Source: Candidatus Jordarchaeales archaeon (GTDB taxonomy: Archaea > Asgardarchaeota > Jordiarchaeia > Jordiarchaeales > Freyrarchaeaceae). From it: a stretch of 64,000 nt of DNA. The stretch is taken from contig JAWAHN010000001.1 of assembly GCA_038889235.1 (NCBI GenBank), positions 631,459 to 695,458 of the forward strand, in the 5' to 3' direction. Shown in pieces: positions 1 to 9,341 of the stretch (position 1 is its first letter; each line of letters begins with the position of its first letter). The notes under the pieces were generated by a model. The model saw nothing but the letters and a program-made list of their open reading frames with translations, did not search any database and was not told the DNA's origin. Made by a program: the position numbers and the translations under genes.

Positions 1-138
1 GGAATGAGGAAGAAGCTTTTCGCCGCTATTGAAGCACTAAAAATTGGAGTACCTACCGTAGTGATATGTAACGGGGCCGCGGAAAATTCTGTGGTTAAAG
101 CCGCTAGGCTGGAACATGGAACGGTGATCACTAAATGA
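1..138 (+). CDS. 3' fragment of an amino-acid kinase family gene (acetylglutamate kinase ArgB / LysZ-like), truncated by window edge
   Basis: Frame 1 reads ...GMRKKLFAAIEALKIGVPTVVICNGAAENSVVKAARLEHGTVITK*, stop at 136-138 overlapping the ATG of the next gene; resembles an ArgB/LysZ C-terminus; context is the arginine/lysine cluster. Confidence 0.45.
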   Translation, partial: GMRKKLFAAIEALKIGVPTVVICNGAAENSVVKAARLEHGTVITK

Positions 139-1217
139 TTAACGCTATAGAGTTTCTGAAGGAGCTCTTAGAAATACCAAGTCCTTCGGGAAGTGAAGGT
201 GAAGTTGCCCTTTTCCTTTCGAAAAGATTGGATAAGTGGGGGTATCACGTAGAAGTTGACCGTGCTGGGAATGTTGTGGCCCAGTTGGGCGAGGGGGAAC
301 CGGTATTACTTCTGGCTTCACATTTGGACACAGTTCCGGGACACTTTCCAGTGAGGGAGGAAGGGGGCAAAATATTTGGTAGAGGTGCTGTCGACGCTAA
401 AGCATCCGTTGCCGCTATGGCTATAGCCGGAGTGGAGGCGGCCCGCTCAGAAATAAGGGGGAAGATAGTGTTTGCAGGAATAGTGGAGGAGGAAACAAGT
501 CTTAGGGGTATTCAAACACTTCTTGAAGAGCTCCCAAGTATCAATTACGCTATTTTCGGTGAGCCGACGGGAAAAAGCAGGGTTTGTTTAGCTTCCAAGG
601 GAAGGTTATTATTAAAAATAGATGTACGAGCCACTGACAGCGGCCATGTGGCTTGCTCTTGGAGGTATAAGAATGCCATCGAAGAAGCCTTTAATCTTTG
701 GACCCTGTTGAAGAAAGAGCTTTCGAAGATGGGGGGCTCATATTTTTCATCCACAATACCTAACTTGACCATTTTTCAGGGAGGCAACGCCCCCAACATT
801 ACTCCTGAGCAGTGTTCGTTCTATGTGGACGTTAGGTTTCCGCCAGGCATGAACTCAGCGCAACTTTTGAAAGTTAGTGATGACGTAATAGAAGCTTTTA
901 GGAAAAGCAGCGGTTTAAAGGTCGATTACAACATTTTGAGCCAAATAGAAGGATTTAGAACTAGCAAGCAAACTGTACTTGTGGAAGCGTTAGTGCGAGC
1001 GATAAAAGAAGAGTTAGGAGAAGAAGCGAAATTTATTAAGAAGACAGGGACATGCTTCATGAACCTGATAGGAAAACACTTCAATGTCCCAGTTGTTTGT
1101 TACGGTCCAGGAGACCCTGCACTTGAACATTCTCAAGAAGAAAGCATAGATGCGGAGGAATACTTAGCAGCAATAAGGGTATTGACTAGAACGATATGCT
1201 ATGTATTGTCGAACTAG
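135..1217 (+). CDS. M20-family metallo-deacylase (acetylornithine deacetylase ArgE / [LysW]-lysine hydrolase LysK-like)
   Basis: 360 aa; N-terminal LLEIPSPSGSEGEVA, HLDTV and GRGAVDAKA motifs typical of ArgE/DapE/LysK M20 peptidases; start overlaps stop of upstream kinase-like gene. Confidence 0.8.
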   Translation: MINAIEFLKELLEIPSPSGSEGEVALFLSKRLDKWGYHVEVDRAGNVVAQLGEGEPVLLLASHLDTVPGHFPVREEGGKIFGRGAVDAKASVAAMAIAGVEAARSEIRGKIVFAGIVEEETSLRGIQTLLEELPSINYAIFGEPTGKSRVCLASKGRLLLKIDVRATDSGHVACSWRYKNAIEEAFNLWTLLKKELSKMGGSYFSSTIPNLTIFQGGNAPNITPEQCSFYVDVRFPPGMNSAQLLKVSDDVIEAFRKSSGLKVDYNILSQIEGFRTSKQTVLVEALVRAIKEELGEEAKFIKKTGTCFMNLIGKHFNVPVVCYGPGDPALEHSQEESIDAEEYLAAIRVLTRTICYVLSN

Positions 1218-2200
1218 ATTATCATTAATAAGACCGCTTTTTGAACATGTAACCTGTTTTCAGCTTCGTCGTAAATTACGGAGTGAGGACCGTCGATTAC
1301 GCCATCAGTAGCCTCCACGTTTCTCCGTATAGGGAGGCAGTGCATAAAGATCGAGTCTTTCTTGGTCAAACTCATCAAGTACTCGTTGCATATCCAATCT
1401 CGAAACTTAACACGCAGCTTTTTCTCTTCTTGCGGGTTACCATAATACTTTAGCGAGCCCCAAGATTTAACATAGACGACATCAGCTCCATCGTATGCCT
1501 CTTCAACGTTGCTCGTAACTTCTAGGCTGCCTCCAGATTCTTCGGCGTTCTTTTTCGCCCACTCCATGATCTGCTGGTCGAGCTCGAAGCCTTCGGGGTG
1601 GAGAAGCGTAACGTCCATCCCGAAACGGGTTGAAATTAAGAGGGCTGAGTTTGGAACACTGCACGGGAGAGGGTTGGGGTGGTAAACCCAGCTTAAAAGG
1701 AACTTTTTTCCATGAGGGTCTCCCTTTTTCTCTATTATCGTCATTATGTCTGCTAGCTCTTGGCATGGGTGGAACATGTCGCATTCCATGTTTATTACCG
1801 GAACGTCAGCCCACATGGCGAATTCGCGTACAACCCGGTTGCTTTCCCCATAGCGCCACCCTGTCACGTTAGGAAATATTCTTATTGATATAGCATCGCC
1901 GTAGCGGGCCATAACGGAAGCAGTATCTTTTATTGACTCTGACCCTCTACCAATCCAACCAGACTCAGCTTCCATGTAGACCGCATGACCGCCTAGCTGT
2001 GTCATCCCTATTTCGAAAGAAAGGCGGGTTCTAGTGCTCGGATTAAAGAAAAGCATAATCAACGATTTTCCTCTGAGAGCGTCAGAGTAGCTTTGAGGCC
2101 TCTTTTTCACATCAAATGCCAGTTTTAGGGTATCTTCTATTGCTTCGAGCTCCCATTCTTGTGTTGTTATGAGGTCTTTGCCTTTCAAGTCGCTTCTCAA
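1214..2200 (-). CDS. Carbamoyltransferase of the OTC/ATCase family (ornithine carbamoyltransferase-like, atypical central region)
   Basis: 328 aa; STRTR carbamoyl-phosphate motif, HPCQ and HCLP motifs; central segment diverges from canonical ArgF. Confidence 0.75.
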   Translation of the reverse strand: MRSDLKGKDLITTQEWELEAIEDTLKLAFDVKKRPQSYSDALRGKSLIMLFFNPSTRTRLSFEIGMTQLGGHAVYMEAESGWIGRGSESIKDTASVMARYGDAISIRIFPNVTGWRYGESNRVVREFAMWADVPVINMECDMFHPCQELADIMTIIEKKGDPHGKKFLLSWVYHPNPLPCSVPNSALLISTRFGMDVTLLHPEGFELDQQIMEWAKKNAEESGGSLEVTSNVEEAYDGADVVYVKSWGSLKYYGNPQEEKKLRVKFRDWICNEYLMSLTKKDSIFMHCLPIRRNVEATDGVIDGPHSVIYDEAENRLHVQKAVLLMII

Positions 2201-2257
2201 AATAACACCGCCTCGGGCCCCATGGTTACCTGAAGGAAAAATTGAGTCACTTTAAAT

Positions 2258-2611
2258 TCAGTCCATAACGCACCTCTCTATCATTCCACTTTCCTCAAGA
2301 CGCTTAACTATTTGATTGTACTTAGCCTTGTTGTTTAACATTTCATTTATTGCTTCTTCGTTTATGTGTGTTCCGGGCTTCACTTTAACTTCGACGTCTA
2401 CTCCAAGCTTATCCTCTAACACCTTCTTTATTATGACTCCTATGATGCCACCCATAGGACACATGGAAGATGTCGGGGTAAACACCACAGTGACCTTGTT
2501 TCTTTCTACTGTTATGTCATCTTCGCTAACTATTCCTAGGTCGACAACTGACATGGGTAGTTCTGGGTCGCTTACCTTCTTTAAAACTTCGAGAACATCA
2601 CCTTTGTTCAT
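2258..2611 (-). CDS. DUF59/MIP18-family Fe-S cluster assembly protein
   Basis: 117 aa; N-terminal VLEVLKKVSDPELPMSVVDLGIV and conserved Cys (SSMCPMGG) typical of the DUF59 (SufT/PaaD-like) family. Confidence 0.65.
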   Translation of the reverse strand: MNKGDVLEVLKKVSDPELPMSVVDLGIVSEDDITVERNKVTVVFTPTSSMCPMGGIIGVIIKKVLEDKLGVDVEVKVKPGTHINEEAINEMLNNKAKYNQIVKRLEESGMIERCVMD

Positions 2612-2659
2612 GTCGTTTCCACCAAATTCCTTTTCAAGACGAATGAGGGGGAATAGAAT

Positions 2660-3901
2660 TTAAACGTTTTCCCCCACTTTTCGCCTAGGTAAAAAACACC
2701 GTTCAAACTCGCCTAGCAATTCCCTGACACTTTTCCCCGTTGCTTCGGACACCTTCCTTAGATCCTCGAATTCCGGCTTAACTCTAAGCACTCTGCCCTG
2801 TTTATCCCTCGCCACTTTCACATTAATAGGGTACCTCTTCCCTTCGACCTCAAGATCAAAAGTAATCATCTCTTTTTCTAAAATTAGCCTTTTGACTTGA
2901 TGAAGACGCACACCTAAAGTTCCAGTCTCCTTGATTAATTTTTCCGCTATGCTGGTATAGTTTTCGGGTGTACATATGACTTGTAAAATGCATCCTGGTC
3001 TCCCTTTTTTCGCGATGGTAGGTATGATAGTCACGTCTCTTGCTCCAGACTTTAGAAGCAATGTTGAAACGTGGGCGATCACTTCTCCTGAAATGTCGTC
3101 TACGTTTGTCTCGACAACAACCATCTCTTCCTCGTATAGTGAAGAAGTGTTGCCAATTATCACTCTAAAAACGTTCGGGAGGTCGGCTAAATCTCGCTCT
3201 CCAGCCCCATACCCCGCTTTTATAGGCGTAACTGGTGGCATCACGCTAAACGGTTCTGCTTTCAACGCAGCAAGTATTGCTACACCTGTCGGTGTTGCAA
3301 GCTCACAGTTAGATAAGCCAGCCAGCATAGTCATCCCGGCTTCCCGCAATATCTCAACAGTTGCAGGGGCGGGTATTGGCAGTGAACCGTGGGATGATCG
3401 AATTACGCCACATCCGACTGCTACTGGGCTAGTAAACCACTTTGCATCAAGTAAACCGAGCTTTTCGCACATGAGTGCAGCACCCACTATGTCAAATATA
3501 GTGTCTGCTGAGCCAAGCTCATGTAGATGTACTTCTTCGACGTTTTCGCCATGAACCTTCGCCTCCGATTTAGCGAGAAGGAAGGCAATGCTGGTTGCCA
3601 TGTTCAGAGCACGCTTTGAAAGTGAGAGTTCTTGAGCAGTTTTTTCAACAAAATCCAGTAATTCTTTACCAGTAAAGCCTTTCTCTTCCTTAACGAAAAG
3701 GGAGACTTTCGTAGCCGCGATATCTTTTCGCCTAACTTTTTCGACTCTAACTTCAGCTTCCGAACATTTATTTACTACTTTAGGTAAAACACTAGCCAGT
3801 TCTTCGAGTTCACTCCACTCTCCACACAAGTCGACGAGCGCACCCAAGAACATGTCACCGGAAACACCAGCAATGGACGAATCGGCTATAGCTATTGACA
3901 C
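2660..3901 (-). CDS. larC: LarC-family nickel insertion protein (DUF111; pyridinium-3,5-bisthiocarboxylic acid mononucleotide nickel chelatase)
   Basis: 413 aa; N-terminal SGDMFLGALVDLCG motif and overall DUF111 architecture; adjacent to LarB-like gene. Confidence 0.75.
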   Translation of the reverse strand: MSIAIADSSIAGVSGDMFLGALVDLCGEWSELEELASVLPKVVNKCSEAEVRVEKVRRKDIAATKVSLFVKEEKGFTGKELLDFVEKTAQELSLSKRALNMATSIAFLLAKSEAKVHGENVEEVHLHELGSADTIFDIVGAALMCEKLGLLDAKWFTSPVAVGCGVIRSSHGSLPIPAPATVEILREAGMTMLAGLSNCELATPTGVAILAALKAEPFSVMPPVTPIKAGYGAGERDLADLPNVFRVIIGNTSSLYEEEMVVVETNVDDISGEVIAHVSTLLLKSGARDVTIIPTIAKKGRPGCILQVICTPENYTSIAEKLIKETGTLGVRLHQVKRLILEKEMITFDLEVEGKRYPINVKVARDKQGRVLRVKPEFEDLRKVSEATGKSVRELLGEFERCFLPRRKVGENV

Positions 3902-3904
3902 TTT

Positions 3905-4705
3905 TCACCCCCCGGGTATTTTTTCTCTAAACATTGCTGCCCTGTTAGCTATCAAAGCCGCGATTACGCCTGCTCCAACCCCGTTGTCAATGTTAACAAC
4001 GGCGACTCCGGGAGCGCATGTTTGAAGCATCGTGAAAAGGGCGCCAACGCCGCCTCCTCCAAACCCGTACCCCGTGCTTGTTGGAACACCTATTACCGGA
4101 AGGTTCACGAGTCCTGAAACTACGGAGGGGAGCGCGCCCTCCATTCCAGCGACAACAACTATTACATCTACCCCGTTTCTGACCATGTCGGCAAGCGGCT
4201 TAAATACTCTGTGAATTCCTGCGACCCCAACGTCATAGGCGACGTAAACTTCGCACCCCATACATCTTGCAGTTAGCCTGACTTCTTCGGCTACAGGTAT
4301 GTCTGCTGTACCTCCGGTTAGGACACCTACCTTTCCGCCGGTCTTAGTCAGTTTGTAATCCGGCCTCCTGACGTAAATAGTTCCAGTTTCTTCTATCACT
4401 TCTAGCGAAAACATGCTCTCCGGAAACTCTTTTCTTAACAAGGACAACTGTTCCTCGTTGCACTTGGTTACAATAACGTAACCTTTCTCTTCAACAACTC
4501 TTCTAGCGATCTCAACAAGGTACTCTTTTCGCTTACCTTTAGCATAAACAATTTCCGGCGTACTCGAGCGGAGCTCCCTCTTCACGTCTATCTTGGCGAT
4601 ATTACCAACTTCCAGTATTTGAAAGAAACGAATTGCCCTTTCAGCTTCATCTAAGCTAATTTCGCCTTTAACTAGCTTCTCGAGGATCTCCCTTAACTGG
4701 CTTAT
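3905..4705 (-). CDS. larB: LarB-family PurE-like protein (nickel-pincer cofactor biosynthesis carboxylase/hydrolase)
   Basis: PurE-like core GGKVGVLTGGTADIPVAEEV...VIVVVAGMEGALPSVVSG preceded by a LarB-type N-terminal region (SQLREILEKLVKGEISLDEAERAI). ORF track begins at 4855, but that extension would swallow the divergent promoter; a GGAGGGAG motif is followed 6 nt later by in-frame ATA (4705-4703), giving 266 aa. Start is uncertain. Confidence 0.65.
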   Translation of the reverse strand: MSQLREILEKLVKGEISLDEAERAIRFFQILEVGNIAKIDVKRELRSSTPEIVYAKGKRKEYLVEIARRVVEEKGYVIVTKCNEEQLSLLRKEFPESMFSLEVIEETGTIYVRRPDYKLTKTGGKVGVLTGGTADIPVAEEVRLTARCMGCEVYVAYDVGVAGIHRVFKPLADMVRNGVDVIVVVAGMEGALPSVVSGLVNLPVIGVPTSTGYGFGGGGVGALFTMLQTCAPGVAVVNIDNGVGAGVIAALIANRAAMFREKIPGG

Positions 4706-4740
4706 AGCACTCTCCCTCCGGCCGGGCAGGACGTGATGGC

Positions 4741-4750
4741 TATTTAAATA
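4741..4750. promoter_or_regulatory. Palindromic TATA-like element (TATTTAAATA) in the divergent larB/queC intergenic region
   Basis: TTTAAATA matches the archaeal TATA consensus on both strands; lies between the inferred starts of the divergent genes. Confidence 0.35.
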
Positions 4751-4797
4751 TCTCAACGATAATACCTTAAAAGTGTAGTGCGCTGGAGGGGAATAAT

Positions 4798-5544
4798 ATA
4801 CAGGCAAAGATCGGAGTAGTCCTTTTAAGTGGAGGGTTAGATTCGACGGTAACATTGTGGTGGGCTAAGGAAAAAGAAAGATATAGTGAGATACATACTT
4901 TAACGTTCCTTTACGGTTCCAGGGAAGAAAAAGTCGTGAAAAAGGTTTGTGAAAGGCTGTCTTCTCTTTCCGGGGCCAAGAAACAAGTCTTCCTAGAGTT
5001 ACCTTGGCTCAAAGAGTTCTCCGCTAAAGCTGGAACAGCTTTGATAGAAGGAGGTAACCTGCCACCTAAATTAACTATTCAAATGCTTGATGATAAAAGT
5101 GCTGTGAGAGAGACGTCTAGGAGTGTTTGGGTTCCGGCGAGAAACCTTTGCTTTATAGCTATAGCTGCGGCGTATGCAGAGACGTTAGGTGGTGAGATCG
5201 AAATAATTACAGGCTTTAATAAAGAGGAGGCTGAAACATTCCCCGACAACTCTCTTACCTTCACTGAAAGAGCGAACGCGTTACTTGAAACGTCAACTCT
5301 CAAAGCTAGGGTCTCCTTAAAAACTCCTATTATACATCTCAACAAGAAGGAGATATGCGTGTTAGCAAAGTCGCTCAATGTCCCCGTTGAGTACACAAAC
5401 TCCTGCTACAACCCAATCGGCATAACTGAGGACGGGAAACCCATTCATTGCGGCGTTTGTGAGAGCTGCACGAGGAGGAGACGTGCTTTCTTGGAAGCCA
5501 TAGGTTCAGACCCTACTATTTACGCTTACAATCAAACGACTTAA
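4798..5544 (+). CDS. queC: 7-cyano-7-deazaguanine synthase QueC (PP-loop ATPase)
   Basis: C-terminal zinc motif HCGVCESCTRRRRAF typical of QueC; the PP-loop SGGLDS (KIGVVLLSGGLDSTVT) is in frame upstream of the track start (TTG 4855) with no ATG/GTG/TTG before it; GGAGG at 4785-4789 followed by in-frame ATA at 4798. Start is inferred. Confidence 0.7.
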   Translation: MQAKIGVVLLSGGLDSTVTLWWAKEKERYSEIHTLTFLYGSREEKVVKKVCERLSSLSGAKKQVFLELPWLKEFSAKAGTALIEGGNLPPKLTIQMLDDKSAVRETSRSVWVPARNLCFIAIAAAYAETLGGEIEIITGFNKEEAETFPDNSLTFTERANALLETSTLKARVSLKTPIIHLNKKEICVLAKSLNVPVEYTNSCYNPIGITEDGKPIHCGVCESCTRRRRAFLEAIGSDPTIYAYNQTT

Positions 5545-5661
5545 TTAGTAAAACAGGATTGCAGCCCAGAAAAAGCGGATTAGAACTCATAAAGAAATTT
5601 GGGAGTTGGAAAAACAAGGAGACATGGAAGCTTTGCAGTGTAAGCGCATATCTTAGGTAAA

Positions 5662-7008
5662 TTATGCCGTTCCTTCTCTCCACCCTCTGAGGTATGCCAT
5701 TTGTTCCTTCGTGAGTTGTTCTAACTCTATTCCCATGGCCTTGCACTTCAATTCCGCCACGGTCATGTCTATTTCCTTTGGTATGTCGAGAACCACGTTT
5801 CCTAACTTCTTAAGCTCGTCTCTGTGTTTAACAATCCATTCAACAGCTAAAGCTTGGTCGCTAAACGACATGTCCATAACAGAGCTGGGGTGTCCTTCAG
5901 CAGCGACAAGGTTTACTAGACGACCTTTACAGAGCAAGTATATTCTCCTTCCATCTTTTAGCCGATACTCTTCAACATTAGGCCTTATTTCTTCCTTGCT
6001 TACAGCCAGACTTTCTAGGTCCTTTAAGTTTATTTCGACGTCAAAGTGCCCTGCATTAGCAAGTATGGCGCCATCCTTCATTTTTTCGATGTGCTCCTTT
6101 CTTATAACGTCTTTGCAGCCAGTAGCCGTTATGAATATGTCCCCCACTTCTGCGGCTTTGTACATCGGCATCACGTCTATACCTTCAAGCGCAGCGGTAA
6201 GCGCTCTATGTGGGTTTATCTCTGTTACTATAACTCTCCTAGCGCCTAAACCTTTAGCCCGCAAAGCGATCCCGCGGCCGCAATGTCCGTATCCGGCAAC
6301 CACAACCACTTTTCCTGCTATTAGTTCAGAAGTCGCTCTCATTATTCCGTCGAGTGTTGACTGGCCAGTCCCCCACACGTTGTCAAATTCCCACTTGGTA
6401 GGGGTATCGTTCGTTGCAAGTATGGGGTACGGCAATTTCCCCTCTTCAGCCATGGCGCGGAGCCTTATTACTCCCGTAGTGGTTTCCTCGGCGCCACCCC
6501 AAACGTTACTCCACCAGTCGCCTCCTTCTCCCAGCACTTTCTTAACTATTTTTATTTCTTCTCCGCCTTCCTTGTGCTTTAGCTTGGCTATCGTAGAAAC
6601 TAAGTCAGCCCCGTCGTCCAGCGTCACGTTTGGCCGGGCTTTTATAACGTTCGCTATAGACCTATAGTAACCTTCAGTGTCCATGCCGTACCAGGCGTAA
6701 ACACCTATTCCATGCTTAACTAGGGCAGCCGCTACAGGGTCTTGTGTTGAGAGCGGGTTAGAAGCACAAAGGTAAACGGTTGCTCCTCCTGCTTGGAGTG
6801 TTCGAACTAAAACGGCAGTTTCTTTCGTTACGTGCAGACAAGCACCAACTACCACGTTTTTAAGTGGTTTTTCTTTCTCGAAACGCTCCCTTATCATTTT
6901 TAAGACTGGCATGTGGTCTTCTGCCCATCGAATGAGTTTTTCTCCCTGCGACGCGAGGCCTATGTCTTTTATCTCGTAATTTTTTCCAACCTGAGTCATC
7001 ACGTCCAC
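5662..7008 (-). CDS. ahcY: S-adenosyl-L-homocysteine hydrolase (adenosylhomocysteinase)
   Basis: 448 aa; NAD-binding GYGHCGRG motif, conserved N-terminus (YEIKDIGLASQGEKLIRWAEDHMPVL); possible ATG start at 6999. Confidence 0.9.
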   Translation of the reverse strand: MDVMTQVGKNYEIKDIGLASQGEKLIRWAEDHMPVLKMIRERFEKEKPLKNVVVGACLHVTKETAVLVRTLQAGGATVYLCASNPLSTQDPVAAALVKHGIGVYAWYGMDTEGYYRSIANVIKARPNVTLDDGADLVSTIAKLKHKEGGEEIKIVKKVLGEGGDWWSNVWGGAEETTTGVIRLRAMAEEGKLPYPILATNDTPTKWEFDNVWGTGQSTLDGIMRATSELIAGKVVVVAGYGHCGRGIALRAKGLGARRVIVTEINPHRALTAALEGIDVMPMYKAAEVGDIFITATGCKDVIRKEHIEKMKDGAILANAGHFDVEINLKDLESLAVSKEEIRPNVEEYRLKDGRRIYLLCKGRLVNLVAAEGHPSSVMDMSFSDQALAVEWIVKHRDELKKLGNVVLDIPKEIDMTVAELKCKAMGIELEQLTKEQMAYLRGWREGTA

Positions 7009-7049
7009 CTCTCTCTGCTAAATTTTCAAGGAGTTTTAAATTTGTTGGT

Positions 7050-8741
7050 TTACGCGATTCTTCCCTCTTCTAGTGCTTTTAATTCGGCCTGTATCTCTTC
7101 TTCTGTGATCTTTCTGAATAATGGTTTCGGCTGCTTGATCAAATGTCCAGGTTTTATGTTGAATCTCTTCGCAGATTCCCAGTTTTGTAGCTTAGTGTTA
7201 AGCATCTCGAAAAGCTGCTCCATGGATGTGGGGATTACAGGGTAAAGGCAGGTTGCCGCCGAGTAGAGGAAGTTCACGCAAATGTAGAGCGTGGTTGCAG
7301 CATTTTTTTCTTCTCCTTTTTTCATGGCGTCCCATGGTGCTTTGGCTGTAAAATAGCTGTTTGCTTTTTTGAACGTCTCGACTATGCGCCGTATAACTTT
7401 TGAGAAGTCACACTTTTCATACTCTCTTTCTACTTCTTCGACCATTTGCATGAAAGTTGAGGTGAAGTCTTCGTCTTGTTCATCTGTCTCGCCTGGTTCT
7501 GGGACCCTCTTTTCGAACCATCTGGAAATGAATGACAAGACACGGTGGGTGAAGTTTCCTATGTTGTCCACCAGATCTCCGTTCACTTTGTTCATGAACT
7601 CGGCCCAGCTGAAGTCGTTGTCGCTAATGTTGTTGGCTACTTTTGAGGCTAAATAGAAGCGGATGTAATCCGCGGGGAACTTATCGAGGACGCGTTTGAG
7701 GGGGACGAACCACTTCCTGCTCTTACTCATTTTCCGTCCTTCGAGCGTAAGATAGCCATTTATAACATACTTCCCTGGGAGGGTATAACCTCCAACACCC
7801 ATTAGCATTGCAGGCCAGAAGAGGAGGTGGTGGTATATTATGTCTTTGCCTATGAAGTGAGTTATTAGACAGTCCCCCATCCAGTAGTCCTTCCAGTCCC
7901 GCCCGGTTTTTTTACTCCAGTTAACCGTCGAAGCGATGTAACCTATGGGGGCATCAAACCACACGTACACATATTGGTTGTCCTTGGCGTCCTCATAAGG
8001 TAACTTGAAACCCCAGTAGTCCTCTCTCGTTATATCCCAATCTTGTAATCCAGACTTGATCCATTGGACAACATAATTAACAACTTCCCTGGAGAGTTCA
8101 TCGCTGCTTTTAGATTCCATCCATTCGAGCAACCTTTGTGAAAAGGCACTCAGCTTGAATATGAAGTGTTCTTCAGTCCTGATAGACGGAGGAGAACCGC
8201 ACACAACACAACGCGGTTCAAGCATCATGCCGGGTTCTATCGTTCTTCCGCACAATTCACAAGCGTCGCCGTACTGGTCTTCTGCTCCACAGTACGGGCA
8301 CTTGCCTTTGATCATACGGTCGGGTAGGTACATTTTGTCTGTCTCACAGTAGAAAAGTCTAACTTCTTTCTTGTAGATGTACCCGTTTTTTCTCAATTTT
8401 AGCAGGAATTCTTCTGTTAGCTTCCTGTTTTCCTCACTGTGAGTTCTGTGATAGTTATCAAAGCTTATGCCAAGTTTCTCCAAATCCTCTATTTGGCGTT
8501 TTCTGTAGTATTCGACGTGTTCTAGAGGTGTGTGACCTGCCTCTCTAGCTGCAACCGATATGGGGGTTCCGTGCTCATCGCTTCCGCAAACAAAGACTAC
8601 ATCTAATCCCTTGATCCTACAAAAGCGGGTGAAAATGTCTGCCGGTATGTAAGTGCTAAAGGCGTGGCCGAGGTGAAGGTCGGAATTAGCATATGGTAGC
8701 GCTGCTGTAACCAGCACTCTGCGCAACTTAGATCCCTCCAA
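7050..8741 (-). CDS. metG: Methionyl-tRNA synthetase
   Basis: 563 aa; class I HLGH and KMSKS motifs, zinc knuckle CPYCG...CELCG; a likelier start is TTG at 8726 preceded by GGAGGG. Confidence 0.9.
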   Translation of the reverse strand: MEGSKLRRVLVTAALPYANSDLHLGHAFSTYIPADIFTRFCRIKGLDVVFVCGSDEHGTPISVAAREAGHTPLEHVEYYRKRQIEDLEKLGISFDNYHRTHSEENRKLTEEFLLKLRKNGYIYKKEVRLFYCETDKMYLPDRMIKGKCPYCGAEDQYGDACELCGRTIEPGMMLEPRCVVCGSPPSIRTEEHFIFKLSAFSQRLLEWMESKSSDELSREVVNYVVQWIKSGLQDWDITREDYWGFKLPYEDAKDNQYVYVWFDAPIGYIASTVNWSKKTGRDWKDYWMGDCLITHFIGKDIIYHHLLFWPAMLMGVGGYTLPGKYVINGYLTLEGRKMSKSRKWFVPLKRVLDKFPADYIRFYLASKVANNISDNDFSWAEFMNKVNGDLVDNIGNFTHRVLSFISRWFEKRVPEPGETDEQDEDFTSTFMQMVEEVEREYEKCDFSKVIRRIVETFKKANSYFTAKAPWDAMKKGEEKNAATTLYICVNFLYSAATCLYPVIPTSMEQLFEMLNTKLQNWESAKRFNIKPGHLIKQPKPLFRKITEEEIQAELKALEEGRIA

Positions 8742-8887
8742 GCAACGAAAGTAAAACAGGCAATTAAATATTACACTCAGAGGGGTTTTGCTTTAACTTT
8801 CAACCTTCAAGCATCTGATGAAGGACAAAATGCCCATTAACCTTTTAAACCCGTCTGTGTGGAGTAGTATTCTGAAGGGGATGTATC

Positions 8888-9292
8888 ATGCCTAAAGAAT
8901 TCACATATAGAGGGTACACACTGGAAGAGCTCCAGAAAATGCCAATGGATGATTTCATAAAACTGTTGCCTGCGAGACAGAGGAGAAGCTTGATCAGAGG
9001 GTTACCACCACGCCACAAGAAGTTATTGGAAAAGATAAGAAGAGCGAGGAGAGCGCTTAAAAAGGATAAGAAAGTCATTGTGAAAACACATAACAGGGAC
9101 CTCATAATCCTGCCGGAAATGGTGGGACTAACCATTGCAGTGTACAACGGTAAGGAGTTTGTACCAGTAGAGATAAGGCCTGAGATGATCGGCCATTACC
9201 TCGGAGAGTTCGCCCTAACGTGCAAAAGAGTCGTACACGGTGCTCCAGGGATTGGAGCAACGCGTTCATCGATGTACGTTCCACTTAAGTAA
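8888..9292 (+). CDS. rps19: 30S ribosomal protein uS19 (S19p/S15e)
   Basis: 134 aa; C-terminal [33 protein letters not shown] typical of archaeal/eukaryotic uS19. Confidence 0.85.
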   Translation: MPKEFTYRGYTLEELQKMPMDDFIKLLPARQRRSLIRGLPPRHKKLLEKIRRARRALKKDKKVIVKTHNRDLIILPEMVGLTIAVYNGKEFVPVEIRPEMIGHYLGEFALTCKRVVHGAPGIGATRSSMYVPLK

Positions 9293-9341
9293 GGCGCTGC
9301 TGCCGTCCCGAATTTTCGTAGAAGACGTGCTAGCTTGTTCT

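Noticed and set aside
2976-3554. 192-aa ORF antisense to LarC
   Set aside because: Lies entirely inside the well-supported larC coding region on the opposite strand; Ser/Thr/Pro-rich low-complexity translation typical of antisense frames.
3905-4855. Full-length 316-aa LarB ORF as given by the track
   Set aside because: The N-terminal 50 residues would be read from the divergent promoter (including the TATA-like palindrome) and would abut the QueC start; a shorter gene starting near 4705 fits the conserved LarB N-terminus better.
5711-6667. 318-aa ORF antisense to adenosylhomocysteinase
   Set aside because: Completely embedded in ahcY on the opposite strand; Ser-rich composition with no recognisable motifs.
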